Origin: Octopus sinensis
Lineage: Eukaryota
Direction of reading: 5' to 3'
Assembly (NCBI RefSeq): GCF_006345805.1
Contig: NC_043007.1
Location: 26,722,001-26,786,000 of the forward strand
DNA length: 64,000 bases
A model generated the notes under the pieces. It saw only the letters and a list, made by a program, of their open reading frames with translations, was not told the origin of the DNA and did no database searches. Made by a program: the position numbers and the translations under genes. Shown piece after piece: positions 38,848-52,218 of the stretch (position 1 is the stretch's first letter; each line of letters opens with the position of its first letter).

Positions 38848-39253
38848 TTTTACTTTTTCACTTTCTTAACTCTTTTACTTTTATTTGTTTCAGTAATTTT
38901 GACTGCGGCTATGCTGGAGCACCGTCTTTAGTCGACCAAATCGACCCCAGGACTTATTTTTTGTAAGCCTTTTGTCGAGGATTGTAGAACGAAGAAACAC
39001 ATGATTTCCCATTCGTTACATCTTATTTGTCTCTATTAAGCGACTCTTTAATGTACGACGCTAACAAGTTTCAAGCAAATGCAGACACGTGACAGTGGAA
39101 AACACACAGAAACATACGTACATACATACATGCATACATACATAATACAAACATACATACATACATACATACTTGCATACATACATACATACATAAATAC
39201 ATACATGCGCACATACATACATTCATACATACATACATAATATATATATATTA

Positions 39254-39291
<38 letters not shown>

Positions 39292-39584
39292 TATATATGT
39301 GGTGTGTGTATGTGTGTGTGTGTCCAACGATCTCTCAATATGTGAGTGGACTACGTCGAACCTTGCATTCAAATAGTAAAGGTTTTATCGACCCCGGAAT
39401 GATAAAAGGCAAAGGCGACCTGAGCGTGTTTGACATTAGAACGTAAAGACGGACAAAATGCCGTGCTAAGGATTCTGTCAGCTCACCGAATTAATGGGAT
39501 TTGAACTCAAAGATTCCAAACAGGAACTGCGAGGGCTGTTCAGCTAATGTTCTAAAGACTCTGCCTATTCATCGTGCTATACTC

Positions 39585-39770
39585 TCTTACTTGTTTCAGT
39601 CATGTGGCTGTGGCCATGCTGGAGCACCGCCTTTAGTCGAACAAATCGACCCCAGGACTTATTCTTTGTAAACCTAGTATCTATTCTATCGGTCTCTTTT
39701 GCCGAATCGCTAAGTTACGGGGACGTAAACACACTAGCAAGCGATGTTGGGGGGACAAACACAGGCACAC

Positions 39771-39822
<52 letters not shown>

Positions 39823-39995
39823 AGCATATATATAACAGGCTTCTTTCAGTTTCCGTCTACCAAATCCACTCACAAGGCTTTGGTTAGCCCGAGGCTATTG
39901 TAGAAGAAACTTACCCAAGGTGCCACGCAGTGGGACTGAACCCGGAACCATGTGTTTCTTATGCAAGTTACTTACCAAACAGCCACTATTAAAAA
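39585..39995 (-). mobile_element. SINE-A full length
   Basis: Tail cttgtttcagtcatgtggctgtggccatgctggagcacc through head gtgggactgaacccggaaccatgtg. Confidence 0.87.
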
Positions 39996-40772
39996 CAACA
40001 AAAAAAAGACATGGCCTTCGAAAGCGGTGATACTAATACCCGTATGCAGAAGTTCATATGTGGCATTTATTCGAATCATGATAAACATTTGCTCCACTGC
40101 CATTTCCCCATCTCCAATTTTCTTGCTAAATCTTAATTCAAAACCAATTTATTTGACATGAACGTATAAATCTACGTTACCATTCACAAGAAGCCATTAA
40201 AAATAAGATTGGACCGTCCACATGAAATATTAGGGACATCAGCGAGATATCCTTCATATAAACTCAATCATATTTAGTAAGATATAAGATCGCTTTGGAT
40301 AACTTTATATAGGATATGGAAGGAATGGTAAAGTGAGACGAGATTTTGTACGACGCCTTTGATCTTAGATTTGTTCCTACAGAAATGATGACGATGCCAA
40401 AAGCAACAAAAAACAAGACAAACACTAAACAGCAGAGTCAATATCGTAAACGTAAATATGCTGCATATCTCCATTAACAACATAAAAACATTGTATCATT
40501 GATGTTATCAAGTTGTTGCGTCGGCGCCATGATCGTCAACATCGTCGTAGTCGTCTGCATCGTGGCAGTGAGCACGTTTTGACAATAGCCATGCGAATGC
40601 GCGGTGACGCAAACATCAAAGGAAATATTTTTCAAGAGAACATTGAGAAGATCGTTTCTAAATTGGAAAGTACAAAGTTAACAAAGACAATTTTAAGTCA
40701 TTACTGAACAAGACAGAGTTGTATGTTTGGCTACGTATGACGAAATATATATACACATACATACATACATAC

Positions 40773-40953
40773 ATGCCCAGACGATTGCGCCGGCACACAC
40801 ATGCGCAAATGCACACATGCCCAGACGATTGCACCGGCACACACATGCGCAAATGCACACATGCCCAGACGATTGCGCCGGCACACACATGCGCAAATGC
40901 ACACATGCCCAGACGATTGCGCCGGCACACACTGCGCAAATGCACACATGCCC
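40773..40953. repeat. 44-bp minisatellite, 4 copies
   Basis: atgcccagacgattgcgccggcacacacatgcgcaaatgcacac at 40773, 40817, 40861, 40905 (last copy 43 bp). Confidence 0.95.
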
Positions 40954-40987
40954 GCGTAAGAACACACAAACACACACGCACACACCA

Positions 40988-41061
<74 letters not shown>

Positions 41062-41238
41062 TAATGTACGTATGTATGTATGTATATTTAAGTGTGCAGC
41101 AAATTTATCGCGAAAAAACAGATGTTTATGTGTATGTATATGCATTTATACACATACATAAACGATGCATGGATATCTGTGTGTTTGTGTGTATATCTAT
41201 AATGTATATTTATATATTATCTATATATATATTATATA

Positions 41239-41289
<51 letters not shown>

Positions 41290-42606
41290 ATATATATATT
41301 ATATATATATATATATATGTATCTGTATATGTATATATATGTGAAAAATGTGCATATGTAAGTTATATGCGTGTGTTTACGGGTGTCTGATCTCATAAAA
41401 GTAAGTTAATGAGTATCTATATTATACACGCACTCATCATACACGTATTTCATGTGTATAAATAGGTATGTGTTGTGTGGTGTGTTTGCGTGTGTATCAC
41501 TATTTATAAATTTGAAGACATTCTTTCATTTTATTGTATAAAGTGAATATATAATTTATCATATGTATTTATGTATGTAGACATATACGCTAGCTTTTCT
41601 GTTTGTTCTATTTATGTACGTATATATACATACATAAATATATATATACCTATATACATACATATATATTGTATGTATATATATATATACATATATATAC
41701 AAATATATATATATGTATTTATATGCATATAAATATATATACACACACACACACATATATATATACGTATAATCATACATACATTGAGAGATGTTTGGAT
41801 ATTTAGCTATCTCAATAATATATATTATATATATATATATATATATATTATAATATATATGCACATTTTTCTGAGTGTATATACATATACATATATATAT
41901 ATATATATTATATATGTGTGAGTGTGTGTGTTATTTATATTTATATATATATGTATGTATGTATGGATGGATGTATGTATGTATGTATGTGTGTATGTAT
42001 GTATGTATGCATGTTTCTGAATGTTTTCTACTGTCACGTGTCTGCATTTGCTTGAAACTCGTTAGCGTCGTACATTAAAGAGTCGCATAATAGAGACAAA
42101 TAAGATGTAACGAATGGGAAATTATGTGTTTCTTCGTTCTACAATCCTCGACAATATTCCATCTACGTACCTTTACTTTCACTATTAATCGATACATCAC
42201 AGTACATTATTGTAGACGCTAGTACATACATAACGTTAAGCAGTATTTCGTTATATGGCTCTATACGACTTCAAATGTGCGTGCTTATTTGATAATTACT
42301 ATATCCATTTATTAATTTCCATGTATATAAATCCAAGCGATGCAACTAATGTCCTATTCACATCTATTTCATATTGTCTAGGGTAATTATAAACCTTACC
42401 TATTGTTACAAAAGCAAGAGTTTTATGTTGTTAAATGAAGAGTAAATGATTATAAATTTAGTTTACAGTCGAGCTTGGTGCGTCTGTCATGGAAATCTGC
42501 CTCTCTCTGTTTTATCTCACTCATAGCGTCTTTACTTCTCTCGTTTTGTTCAAACTGTATCTTTTCTTACGGCATATTAAAGTATTGATGAAATGGAATA
42601 TATATA

Positions 42607-42657
<51 letters not shown>

Positions 42658-42899
42658 GTGTGTGTATGTATGTGTATGTATGTATGTATGTATGTATGTA
42701 TGTATGTATATATATATATATAAAGAGAGAAAGAAAAGGGAGAGAAAGAAAAGGAGAGAGAAGATAGATGTTATACATATATATATATATGTGTGTGTGT
42801 GTGTTGTGTGTATGTGTGTGTTTGTGTTTGTGTGTGTGTGGTGTATACAGAGAGAGAGAGACAGAAAGAGAGAGAGAAAGATTGAAAGATCAGATCCAA

Positions 42900-43040
42900 G
42901 TGAGACACTACAAGTTGTTTCAATACATAAAGGCTTTGCAGCAACGGAATTTGCAAGAGGATTTTAATTCTTTCTATAGAAATGAAGCTCTAAGTATCAG
43001 GACATACCATCGATGGTTTGGCCATTTTTAGGTGGGAGGC
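42900..43040 (+). pseudogene. Old mariner transposase N-terminal (HTH) remnant
   Basis: RHYKLFQYIK...FNSFYRNEALSIRTYHRWFGHF resembles the mariner N-terminal pattern R..MLYEF..G...S.RT..RWF..F. Confidence 0.45.
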
Positions 43041-43625
43041 TTTTCTTTCATATCTGCCCTTCAATCTTGACGACAACGTTCACAGTCTCAAATGTGAGCT
43101 TCTTAAAACCGTTATTAAGGAAATCCAACGCAAACTGCGCTAGTCTTAGAGAAATACTTGAATTAGTGCCACGTTAATAATAGCAAACCCCAAAAATAAA
43201 ACCCTTATAAAAATGTGCTGAATTATGTACCTTAAGATATGTTTATCCCGAATATATCATTGGAACTTCCATATGATAGCAACGTATATATTGCATGTCA
43301 TTGACCAAATGCCACTTTCTTGACTCTTTGTTGGCATAGATTAGGTATGAACATTACAACGCTTGTATTGATTATTAAGAAATAACATCCTGTATAAATG
43401 TCACTGTACCATCTTTCTAACTACGCTATGTTTGTTCATATAGACGCTCTTTGCTGTACAAACAGCCACATATACTGAATTGCATGCATATATGTATGTA
43501 CACGCACATAAATATGTAAATGTTTATATATCATGTAGATATGTTTGTATCTGGATGCGTAAATACATTTGTATATAAGTATATATTTCTATATAAGTAT
43601 ACACACACGCACACACACACATATA

Positions 43626-43659
<34 letters not shown>

Positions 43660-43730
43660 CATGCATGTATATATGAATATATATTTCATATAAGTATATA
43701 TACATATATACGTATATATACACATCTATA

Positions 43731-43761
<31 letters not shown>

Positions 43762-44706
43762 TTACATATATGTGTGTGTGTGTGTGTGTATATGTGTCTG
43801 CGCGTGCGTATTTGGTGTGTGTGTTTGTGTCTGCTTGTGTAATTATATATCGATCTTCAGAGGAGATTATATTAAGCCAAATATTGTTAAATGTTACGCA
43901 ATCGAAACTAAGCAATTTGAAACGACAAAAAGCGAAGGAGAAATGACACAGAGTACACTTTACAAGACGGATGTCATGATAACAGCTTTCTCGGTGGTTT
44001 TAATGTCGAAACAACTGAATGCCAACCTAGTGTAAATAAAGCAGTTACGTAAAGAGCAAGAGCAAAATGTTGTACGTCGAAATGTCGATGACTACCAGCC
44101 AATACGGAGGCGGCTGGAGAGGGAAAAGGACTCTTTATCTACAAGCTGCCTAATAAGAATTAGCGTGAAATGTCACAGCTTTTTAGTAGTTGGTTCTCCA
44201 CGTTGGATAACTCGGTGGTGATTAGGTGACTTATTGCTGTTTGGTTGGTGGTGGCGAAACAAGGAAAATATAACAGATAGAGAAAATTGCTTATCGTAAT
44301 GAATAGTCTACTTCATAAAACAAATATCCTCCTTCTGAACAGCCAATTAGAATTGCCTTAATATGAATACTGTTGTGTCTGAGCTGTAAAAATTTACGTC
44401 GGTTTAACAGATCAAACGGAGATGATATCGTAACTCGTTCATACTTCGAAATCGGTTTCGTTTGATCATGTTCTGATAGGGCCCTTCATAAAAGAAATAT
44501 GTTCCTGAGAGTCAGGTCAGAGAGTTCACAGCCATTGGAACGATGACATTAAATTCGGTCGACATAGTTGATTATAAGGAGTTGTTACGGAATATTTACT
44601 GCTTAATGATAGCCCACACTTTACACGGCTATCAGACCAGTTTATTGTGCAGACACAAAAGCAGATATATGCACATATATATATGTGTGTGTGTATGTGT
44701 GTGTAT

Positions 44707-44980
44707 AGGGGAGAATTCACGAAAATAAACAAAAGTCGAAGACAGGTGGTGTAGACAGCAAAAAGATGTATTAGTTTAACGCCTGGGAAGTAAAAAAGTC
44801 TTTAACGTTTCGAGCCTATGCTCTTCCACAGAAAGGAACACAGAAAGAAACAAGGAGAGAAAATAAAGAATCTTTAGTGGCTAGCGATCTATCATGGCGA
44901 ATGCCGGAGAGTAGGGTTACACAGGAGAGCTAGGAAGAAAGGGAGATAATAAAGTACTGATGATCCTACAATAATAGGTG
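44707..44980. mobile_element. Penelope-like element terminal-repeat fragment
   Basis: Carries the minimal hammerhead signature acgtttcgagcctatgctcttccacag typical of PLE pseudo-LTRs; no RT or GIY-YIG remnant seen. Confidence 0.55.
44800..44835 (-). ncRNA. Minimal type I hammerhead ribozyme (PLE-type), variant core
   Basis: Minus strand CUUU-CUGUGGA-A-GAGC-AUAG-GCUC-GAAACGU-U-AAAG: stem I CUUU/AAAG, stem II GAGC/GCUC, palindromic ACGU stem III, GUU cleavage triplet; A6 is U. Confidence 0.62.
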
Positions 44981-45141
44981 CGCGTGTGTGTATGTATGTG
45001 CAGGTGAGAAGATGTGGGGCGGGAAGTGGTTGGTGCTAGTGTGCGTGGTGGTGTGTAGTTTGATGTAATATGTTGTGTGGTATAGTTGCATATTGTGTAC
45101 TGGTGTGGTGTGATGGTATATATATATATATATATATATAT

Positions 45142-45183
<42 letters not shown>

Positions 45184-45455
45184 GTATACATATTTTGATG
45201 GCTAACAGGAGAGGGAGGTAATCCCCTATCCTTTAACCTTCTATAGCTGATCGATGGCAGCACGACCGGAAGTCGATAGCCTCTAGCAAAGGGAGATAAT
45301 CCAGACTTTTCTTCTCCATATTTTAAAGATGCCAAGGCCAATAGACTTTCGGGTCGAAGAAACGCCAGGAGGTTAAAGCTTTTATGAATAGGAAACCTGG
45401 GCTAACCCCATAAACCAGCGTTCACAAAGAATATTTATATGTATGTATATGTATG

Positions 45456-45497
<42 letters not shown>

Positions 45498-47119
45498 ATT
45501 AATGCTTATCCTTCATCCTATCTCACATATGTGACTCAGCTTCTTGCCCGTCTACTTCACGCGTAGCCAGTTCATTCGTTCATATCATGTGGACACTTTG
45601 TCGCTGCAACCGATGGAATGCCAGGCCAATACTGGCGCGTCTTAATCGCTAACATTTCAATATTTAAGATGGTCACCACTTCTAATTTATACGGTGATTC
45701 CAGATCTTGAATCAAATTCACTGTCGTCACTACTACGAGCAAGAAATGCTGTTGAAATATAGAAGTTCTTGTTAGGAATATGAAATAAGCAATTCCAAGG
45801 TCAGAAATATTCTTATACGTTGAATATTAATAGCAATAACGATTGTTGCCGCAGTAACAATTGTATTGAAGGAATCAGACATTTTCTATCAGAAGCGTAG
45901 TCAATCATATCCACACCAGTTATTAGCTGCTATTTTATTTCACCATGTCAGGATTTAGATACAGAACGAAAGGAGTCGTAACTAGTTATCATTTTGTCCA
46001 ATATTCTAGCAATCTTTCCCAAGACGTGCCAGTATCATAGCTATGGAATTGGATTAGATGTTTAAGTTTTGCTACGAAGGGAAATGATCATACAAGCGAG
46101 TTAGCTTAATTGAGATCTCAATTTAACAAATCCGAGGACAGAACAGGCAAATTCGACATTGGCGGTATCTGAAAGGAAAAACAATGAAAAAATATATATC
46201 AGACTGTTTTTCTGTTTTAAAAATAGTTTTCCAATCCAATACTGTTAATGAAAATAATATTACCGCTCAATTTCGTGTTAATTTTCATGAAAACAAATCG
46301 ATTATAAATTAACTAGTCTACCCACGAATATTAAACCAATTGCGTATGCTACTAAATATTTAATTAACAATATAAAAACACTGAAATTATCAATATGGTA
46401 AGCTAATACGCAAGATGCGAATAAATGTGTTTGAGTAAAATCAAACTGATATAATCCAATCGAAATTCATTCAGCAAAATGGCGACTTTGCATCACTGTA
46501 GTACATCAGTACTTATATATTAGACATTTTCTTGTAATTATAACAAAGAAAATATACAAGACACATGTAACGTAGGGGGCGCAGGGACCGGGGGAGGCTG
46601 AGTGACAGACTGATAGACCGTTTGATTGATTAGATACACCGTTAGATATTGTGTCTTGTCATGTATCATGTCAGCATATATTTAAATATATATAATAACA
46701 TTCAAGAATTCTACGCGCTCTAATCTGATTATATTTATAGAAATATGTCAGTATAATTCAAGATAATTCCTCCATCACACACACCCGCGCATACACGCAC
46801 ACACACACCCACGCATACACGCATACACGCACGTACCCATGCATACATACAAACATGCACATAATATAAATACGCGTTCATATGCACATACATAATAAGA
46901 TATATAAACATTAGTGAACACACACACATGTATATGTGTGCGTGTGCATGTGTGCGTATATGTGTATTGGTGCATATATATATCATATATATTATACACC
47001 TAGACATAAACACATACATATATAGCATATATACACATACCTATACGTATATATATACATATATATAAATGTTTGTACATGTACGTGCACACGCTTAATA
47101 TGCATATATTATATATATA

Positions 47120-47151
<32 letters not shown>

Positions 47152-47171
47152 TATGTATGTATATATAATTG

Positions 47172-47202
<31 letters not shown>

Positions 47203-47731
47203 GTATCATACATGCAACGCATATACACCTAAGCATATACACACAAACGATAGCCATGATTCGAGGTGGTGTACGTGTAATCACGTAAGTGTATATGTTT
47301 CGCTGTGTCTCCATATTTTGTATATAAACCTATTTCAATATAAGTATATTTCTAATGCAAGCGTTATTGTTATTATTATTATTATTATTTTATTTATTTT
47401 TGTATTTTTTGCAATCAAATTAAAGCATAGGTAAACGCACTATTTTTAATTTCAGATAATATACTTCGTTTTTGATTTCCTACCCTTTATTGTTCTTTTC
47501 AAATATTCTCTGTTTTTCATAGCTGGAAGCATTGAAATTTTTTACTAAACTCGTTCGAACTATGAAAGCTTGTAAATGTGATTGTATAACGTGATGTCCT
47601 TGTCTTGTCGCTCACAATAAATTGCCACACAATATCACCAATTAGCTCTGTAGGTATCTAACCACTCGTATGTTGCACATGCGGCTGTGTATGTGCATAT
47701 GCAGACTTGCATTCTTAGGATGTGTAACTTG

Positions 47732-47773
<42 letters not shown>

Positions 47774-47899
47774 GGAATATGTGCATTTATACTTATACAC
47801 AAGGCTGCACAACAACACTGCACATGTATGCACAAACATACATTCACACATATATATATATATATATATATATAAATATATACATATACACACACACAC

Positions 47900-47947
<48 letters not shown>

Positions 47948-48800
47948 GTAATTCGTCCATCACACACAGAAACAAGCACACACACACACATTCGCTAGCT
48001 TTCTTACAAAGGGGTCTAACAGTCTTAGCTTATATTTTTGCGGGGTTAACCAGATCAAAAGATCTGAAGTGTAACTGTCTGAAATGGTTGTGACTCCTGG
48101 CACCTCACTGATGAAAGAAAGCCAAGAACGACCGTCTTTTTTTTTTTTTTTCCTATCCTTCTAATTGTTTCTCTTGTCCGCCTTTGTGTCATCTATCTGT
48201 CCGAACGTTTTACCCTAATTCCCTCTATTGCGTTTTGTCCCTTTATATATATATATATATAATATATATATATTATATATATATAGATATATATATATAT
48301 ATATATTTATATAACATATATATATTTGTATATACATATTTATATATACATATATATATTTGTATGTGTTTGTGTCCCTCTTAATGTATACATACATACA
48401 AATATGTGGATATGTGCTGTGCGTTCAAGAAGAGTGAGTCGGAGAGTTGAAAATCCTCCATGTAACCTAAAATTTCGTAGATGATTTGTATTTAAAACTA
48501 TAATAGATATCATAAGGCTTTTTCCTGTATCTGTGCATAAAGGATTTTGTTTCTATGCGTCGTTGCGTAAATGTATGCAAAAGAAAAGAAAATTGTCTTC
48601 GTTTTTAATCTTGTAATTCAGTATATAAATATTAATGTCATGAACTTCTGAATGGCTTGTAAATCTGAACTGTTTTTTCTCATTCGGTATATCTTTGCTG
48701 AAAGTTAATTCAACTTAAGTGACTCTAATTATATTTCACTGTCTCTACTTTATCATATCTGTATTCGGGATTAACAAGGAAACTATATTTGTGTGTGCGC

Positions 48801-49761
48801 ATCCGGTTCTTGACTGAAGACTGAGGGTTTCGAGTGTCCTGTCCGTGTTTATTGTGTCGTCTTCTAAGAGTTATACGTTCTTGTCCATGTTGTATTTTTC
48901 TACATACCTTAACATATATTCCAGGCGCCCCGTACCCACCTTATCATTAATGTGAGCACATATTCTTAATAATTGGTACGACTCTCTGTTTGTCTCTCTC
49001 TCCTCTCTCATTTTTACTTGATCTGTCCCCATCTCTCCTTTCTCTCTACTTATCCTCTTTTCTCTTCTCTTCTTTCCCTGATTTCTTTGGTCTAGTCTTC
49101 CACTACCCTCCTATTTCTTTGTCTCGCTCTGCACTCACAGGTCATTCTTCGACACCCATCCCTTCTCCTCTCTGATTCCTTCTTTCTCCTCTTCTCTCTC
49201 TTGTGCGTTTGTCCCTCCTCCTCTCTCTGCTCTTCCTTTGCTTCTCTTTCTTTTCTTTTCCCTCTTCTCTGTCACGTGACTGTTGGCCGAAATCTGCCTT
49301 TCAGCTCCTGACCCTCGTCGTGTTAACATCGTTGTTTTTCGTCCGCCGCTATAAAGGCTTCTTCCAATGCGCCAGAGAGAAAAATTTGTTTGCTTGTTAT
49401 CAGTCGTAAGACACTTGTTGTTTTCACCGTTAATGCTTCTGTATTTCATGTTTCTGTATTCCATTATTGTTTTTTGTTTTTTTTTTATATCTGTCCCTTT
49501 TGCTGTCCTGGTGTTCGTATGCATTCGATCCTTCTTCCAGGAAATCTACGCTTCCAGCTTAGTTTTTCTAATGCTCGTTGCTTAGTTTTTCTTGGAGGGC
49601 TGGCCGTGATCTAGTAATCTCAAGATTAATCAGCCGAAATTACTACGATGATCCGGTTCTTGACTGAAGACTGAGGGTTTCGAGTGTCCTGTCCGTGTTT
49701 ATTGTGTCGTCTTCTAAGAGTTATACGTTCTTGTCCATGTTGTATTTTTTACATACCTTAA
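48801..49761. mobile_element. Penelope-like repeat with ~112-bp terminal direct repeats (partial tandem)
   Basis: 48801-48912 and 49651-49761 are identical except for one indel; homologous to 5650-5900; carries hammerhead core motifs. PLE assignment is inferred from architecture only. Confidence 0.5.
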
Positions 49762-49910
49762 TATATATATATATATATATATGGGTGCGTGTTTGTGTGC
49801 ATGTATGTTTGTATGTGTACGTAAATATAGTTATGTATGTGTATTTATACACACATATAAATACACACATACACACATACATATACATATATATAATTAC
49901 ATGTATAGTA

Positions 49911-49953
<43 letters not shown>

Positions 49954-50002
49954 AATATATGTATGTATATATATTTACATATACACGTATTTATATACAT
50001 AT

Positions 50003-51012
50003 TTTAGCTATGCAGATGACACAAAAGTCTCCCACGCAATACAAAACCTTGAAAATATTGCGCATCTGCAACATGAGCTGGACACAATATACAGGTGGGC
50101 TGAGGACAACAACATGCAGTTTAATGCAGGTAAGTTCCAGGCCCTGCGCTACTGGCACACAAAGGTAAATGACGTGAAGACTGGATACACTGGCCCAGGA
50201 AGAATTGCAATCCCTGAGTCAAAATCAGTGCGTGACCTGGGCATTGACATGAGCAATGATGCATCTTTCCAAATGCATATTGCTAATCTGGTGATAAAAT
50301 GCAGACGGCTAGCTGGATGGATTCTCCGAACTTTCAGAACAAGAGAGAAGGAGACACTGATGGTCCTATGGAAAACATTTGTCCTCAGCCGCTTGGACTA
50401 CTGCTCCCAACTTTGGTCACCACACAATATAAAACAAACAGCAGAACTCGAAGCAACTCAGAGAAGCTACACAAAGAAAATCGTCTCTCAATGCAAAATG
50501 TCAGCTACTGGGAAAGACTGAAGGTATTAAACCTCTTCTCCCTGGAGCCGAGGCGGGAGAGATATGCAGTGATATACATCTGGAAAATCCTGAGGGGTCT
50601 TGTCCCAAACTTTGGCATTCAAAGTTACTCCAACCGCAGACGAAGGGGCGCCGCTGCGTGGTGCAAGGATTCCAACATCACCATCAAAATATAGGTCCAG
50701 ATACTGCAACAGCTGGGGTTTCAGAGGACCACAGCTCTTTAACATCCTCCCTAAATGCCTGAGAGACTTACCTGGTGTGGATGTGGGTTTCTTAAAACTA
50801 AACTGGATCTCTTCTTGTTGGGAGTCCCAGATGAACCTACCTCACGACAGGAGACACGGATGCGGGCAGCAGCATCGAACTCCCTTGTTGATCAAGTGCC
50901 ACGTATCAGAGGTGGATTCACAAACTAGTGTAGCTCATTCAGCGGTGGTGCCCCAGCATGGCCGCGGCCTTCGGGCTAAAACATTTTTAAGGATTTAAGG
51001 ATTTAAGGATTT
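50003..51012 (+). mobile_element. 5'-truncated non-LTR retrotransposon (CR1/L2 group), RT C-terminal half and 3' UTR
   Basis: SYADDTKVS (TAT GCA GAT GAC at 50009-50020), WAEDNNMQFNAGKF, VRDLGI, SRLDYCSQLWSP, SYWERLKVLNLFSLEPRRERY, GPQLFNILP over frameshifted ORFs; (TTTAAGGA)3 tail at ~50986-51012. Confidence 0.92.
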
Positions 51013-51120
51013 ATATGTAAATGCTGTATGTATTCTACGTAGATACGTATGTATGTATTTATATATATATGTCTGTGTGTGTGTGTATATATATACGTAT
51101 GTTGATATATATATATATAA

Positions 51121-51288
51121 GGCGCAGGAGTGGTTGTGTGATAAGTAGCTTGCTAACCAACCACAAGGTTCCGGTTCAGTCCACTGCGTGGCATCTTGGG
51201 CAAGTGTCTTCTGCTATAGCCTCGGGCCGACCAATGCCTTGTGAGTGGATTGGTAGACGGAAACTGAAAGAAGCCTGTCGTATATATG

Positions 51289-51329
<41 letters not shown>

Positions 51330-51551
51330 ATGTGTTTGTGTGTCTGTGTTTGTCCCCCTAGCATTGCCTGACAACCGATACTGGTGTGTTTACGTCCCCG
51401 TCACATAGCGGTTCGGCAAAAGAGACCGATAGAATAAGTACTGGGCTTACAAAGAATAAGTCCCGGGGTCGATCTGCTCGACTAAAGGCGGTGCTCCAGC
51501 ATGGCTGCAGTCAAATGACTAAAACAAGTAAAAGAGTAAAAGAGTAAAAGA

Positions 51552-51552
<1 letters not shown>
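51121..51552 (+). mobile_element. SINE-A full length (reference copy)
   Basis: A-box-like tggttgtgtga, B-box-like ggttcagtcc, internal TA/TG repeat, tail (GTAAAAGA)n. Confidence 0.92.
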
Positions 51553-51618
<66 letters not shown>

Positions 51619-52218
51619 GTGCGCGCGTGTGTGTGTGTGTGGTGTGTGTGTGTGTGTATTAATAATATATTATTATTAATATCTGGAAATCAACATCAAA
51701 ATAACTCCTCAGAAAGATATTCCCTTGTGAAAAATAATCGTGTTTTAAAAATATATAATACGTAAAAAGATATATGTAAATATGTATAATTATAAATATA
51801 TAATATAAGACGGGCAATTCATATACAAGATATGGACGTGCTCATTTCTCGTCAGTGATCGTCGAAAATGCATTTCAGTGTCACGCCCTGAATCGTGTTC
51901 ATTTTCGGTGGCGTCAACAGCGAAAATCTGCAGGGAAGTCTCAGTGAAAGTCGGGAACAGTGACGGAAAGAAACCCGTCACAGGTATTGGGTACGAATAT
52001 ATATATCTATACAAACGAAATAAGATACACATTATACATACAAAATAACGAGCGTAGGGATCTGAGACAAGGATTGAACAAGATGCGTATAAGTAAAGCA
52101 GCGAAAATGTCCTATGGGATTGGAAACGAAATGGGCACAGGTGAAATGATGGAATGAAATGTCAAAGAAAAACAGACGATAAAAAACGCAAAACCTTTGC
52201 GTAATGTGGACTAGGAAG

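Larger units (their letters stand above)
38972..42154. repeat. Inverted duplication: arms 38972-~39345 and ~41778-42154
   Basis: 38972-39113 matches the reverse complement of 42013-42154 with only a few substitutions; mirrored CATA and TA microsatellites and a tccaa..atctctcaat block extend the arms. Confidence 0.88.

Noticed and set aside
45880-45930. Minus-strand TGVDMID as a piggyBac GGVD..D remnant
   Set aside because: Only a 4-5 residue match; flanking motifs are not convincingly present.
46569-46582. Additional CTCF-like motif (gtagggggcgc)
   Set aside because: Only 11/14 match, lacking the 5' CCA; within chance expectation.
49515-49545. Minus-strand cctggaagaaggatcgaatgcata (and 5690-5715 homologue) as a variant minimal hammerhead
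   Set aside because: It lacks a full CUGANGA and the third A of GAAA; the two copies do not agree on stems.
51835-51860. Minus-strand CUGACGA-GAAA as a stem-II-less hammerhead, or the paralogous blocks as coding exons
   Set aside because: Stem I does not pair, copy 2 has G at the cleavage position, and the two copies differ by a non-triplet indel and a stop.
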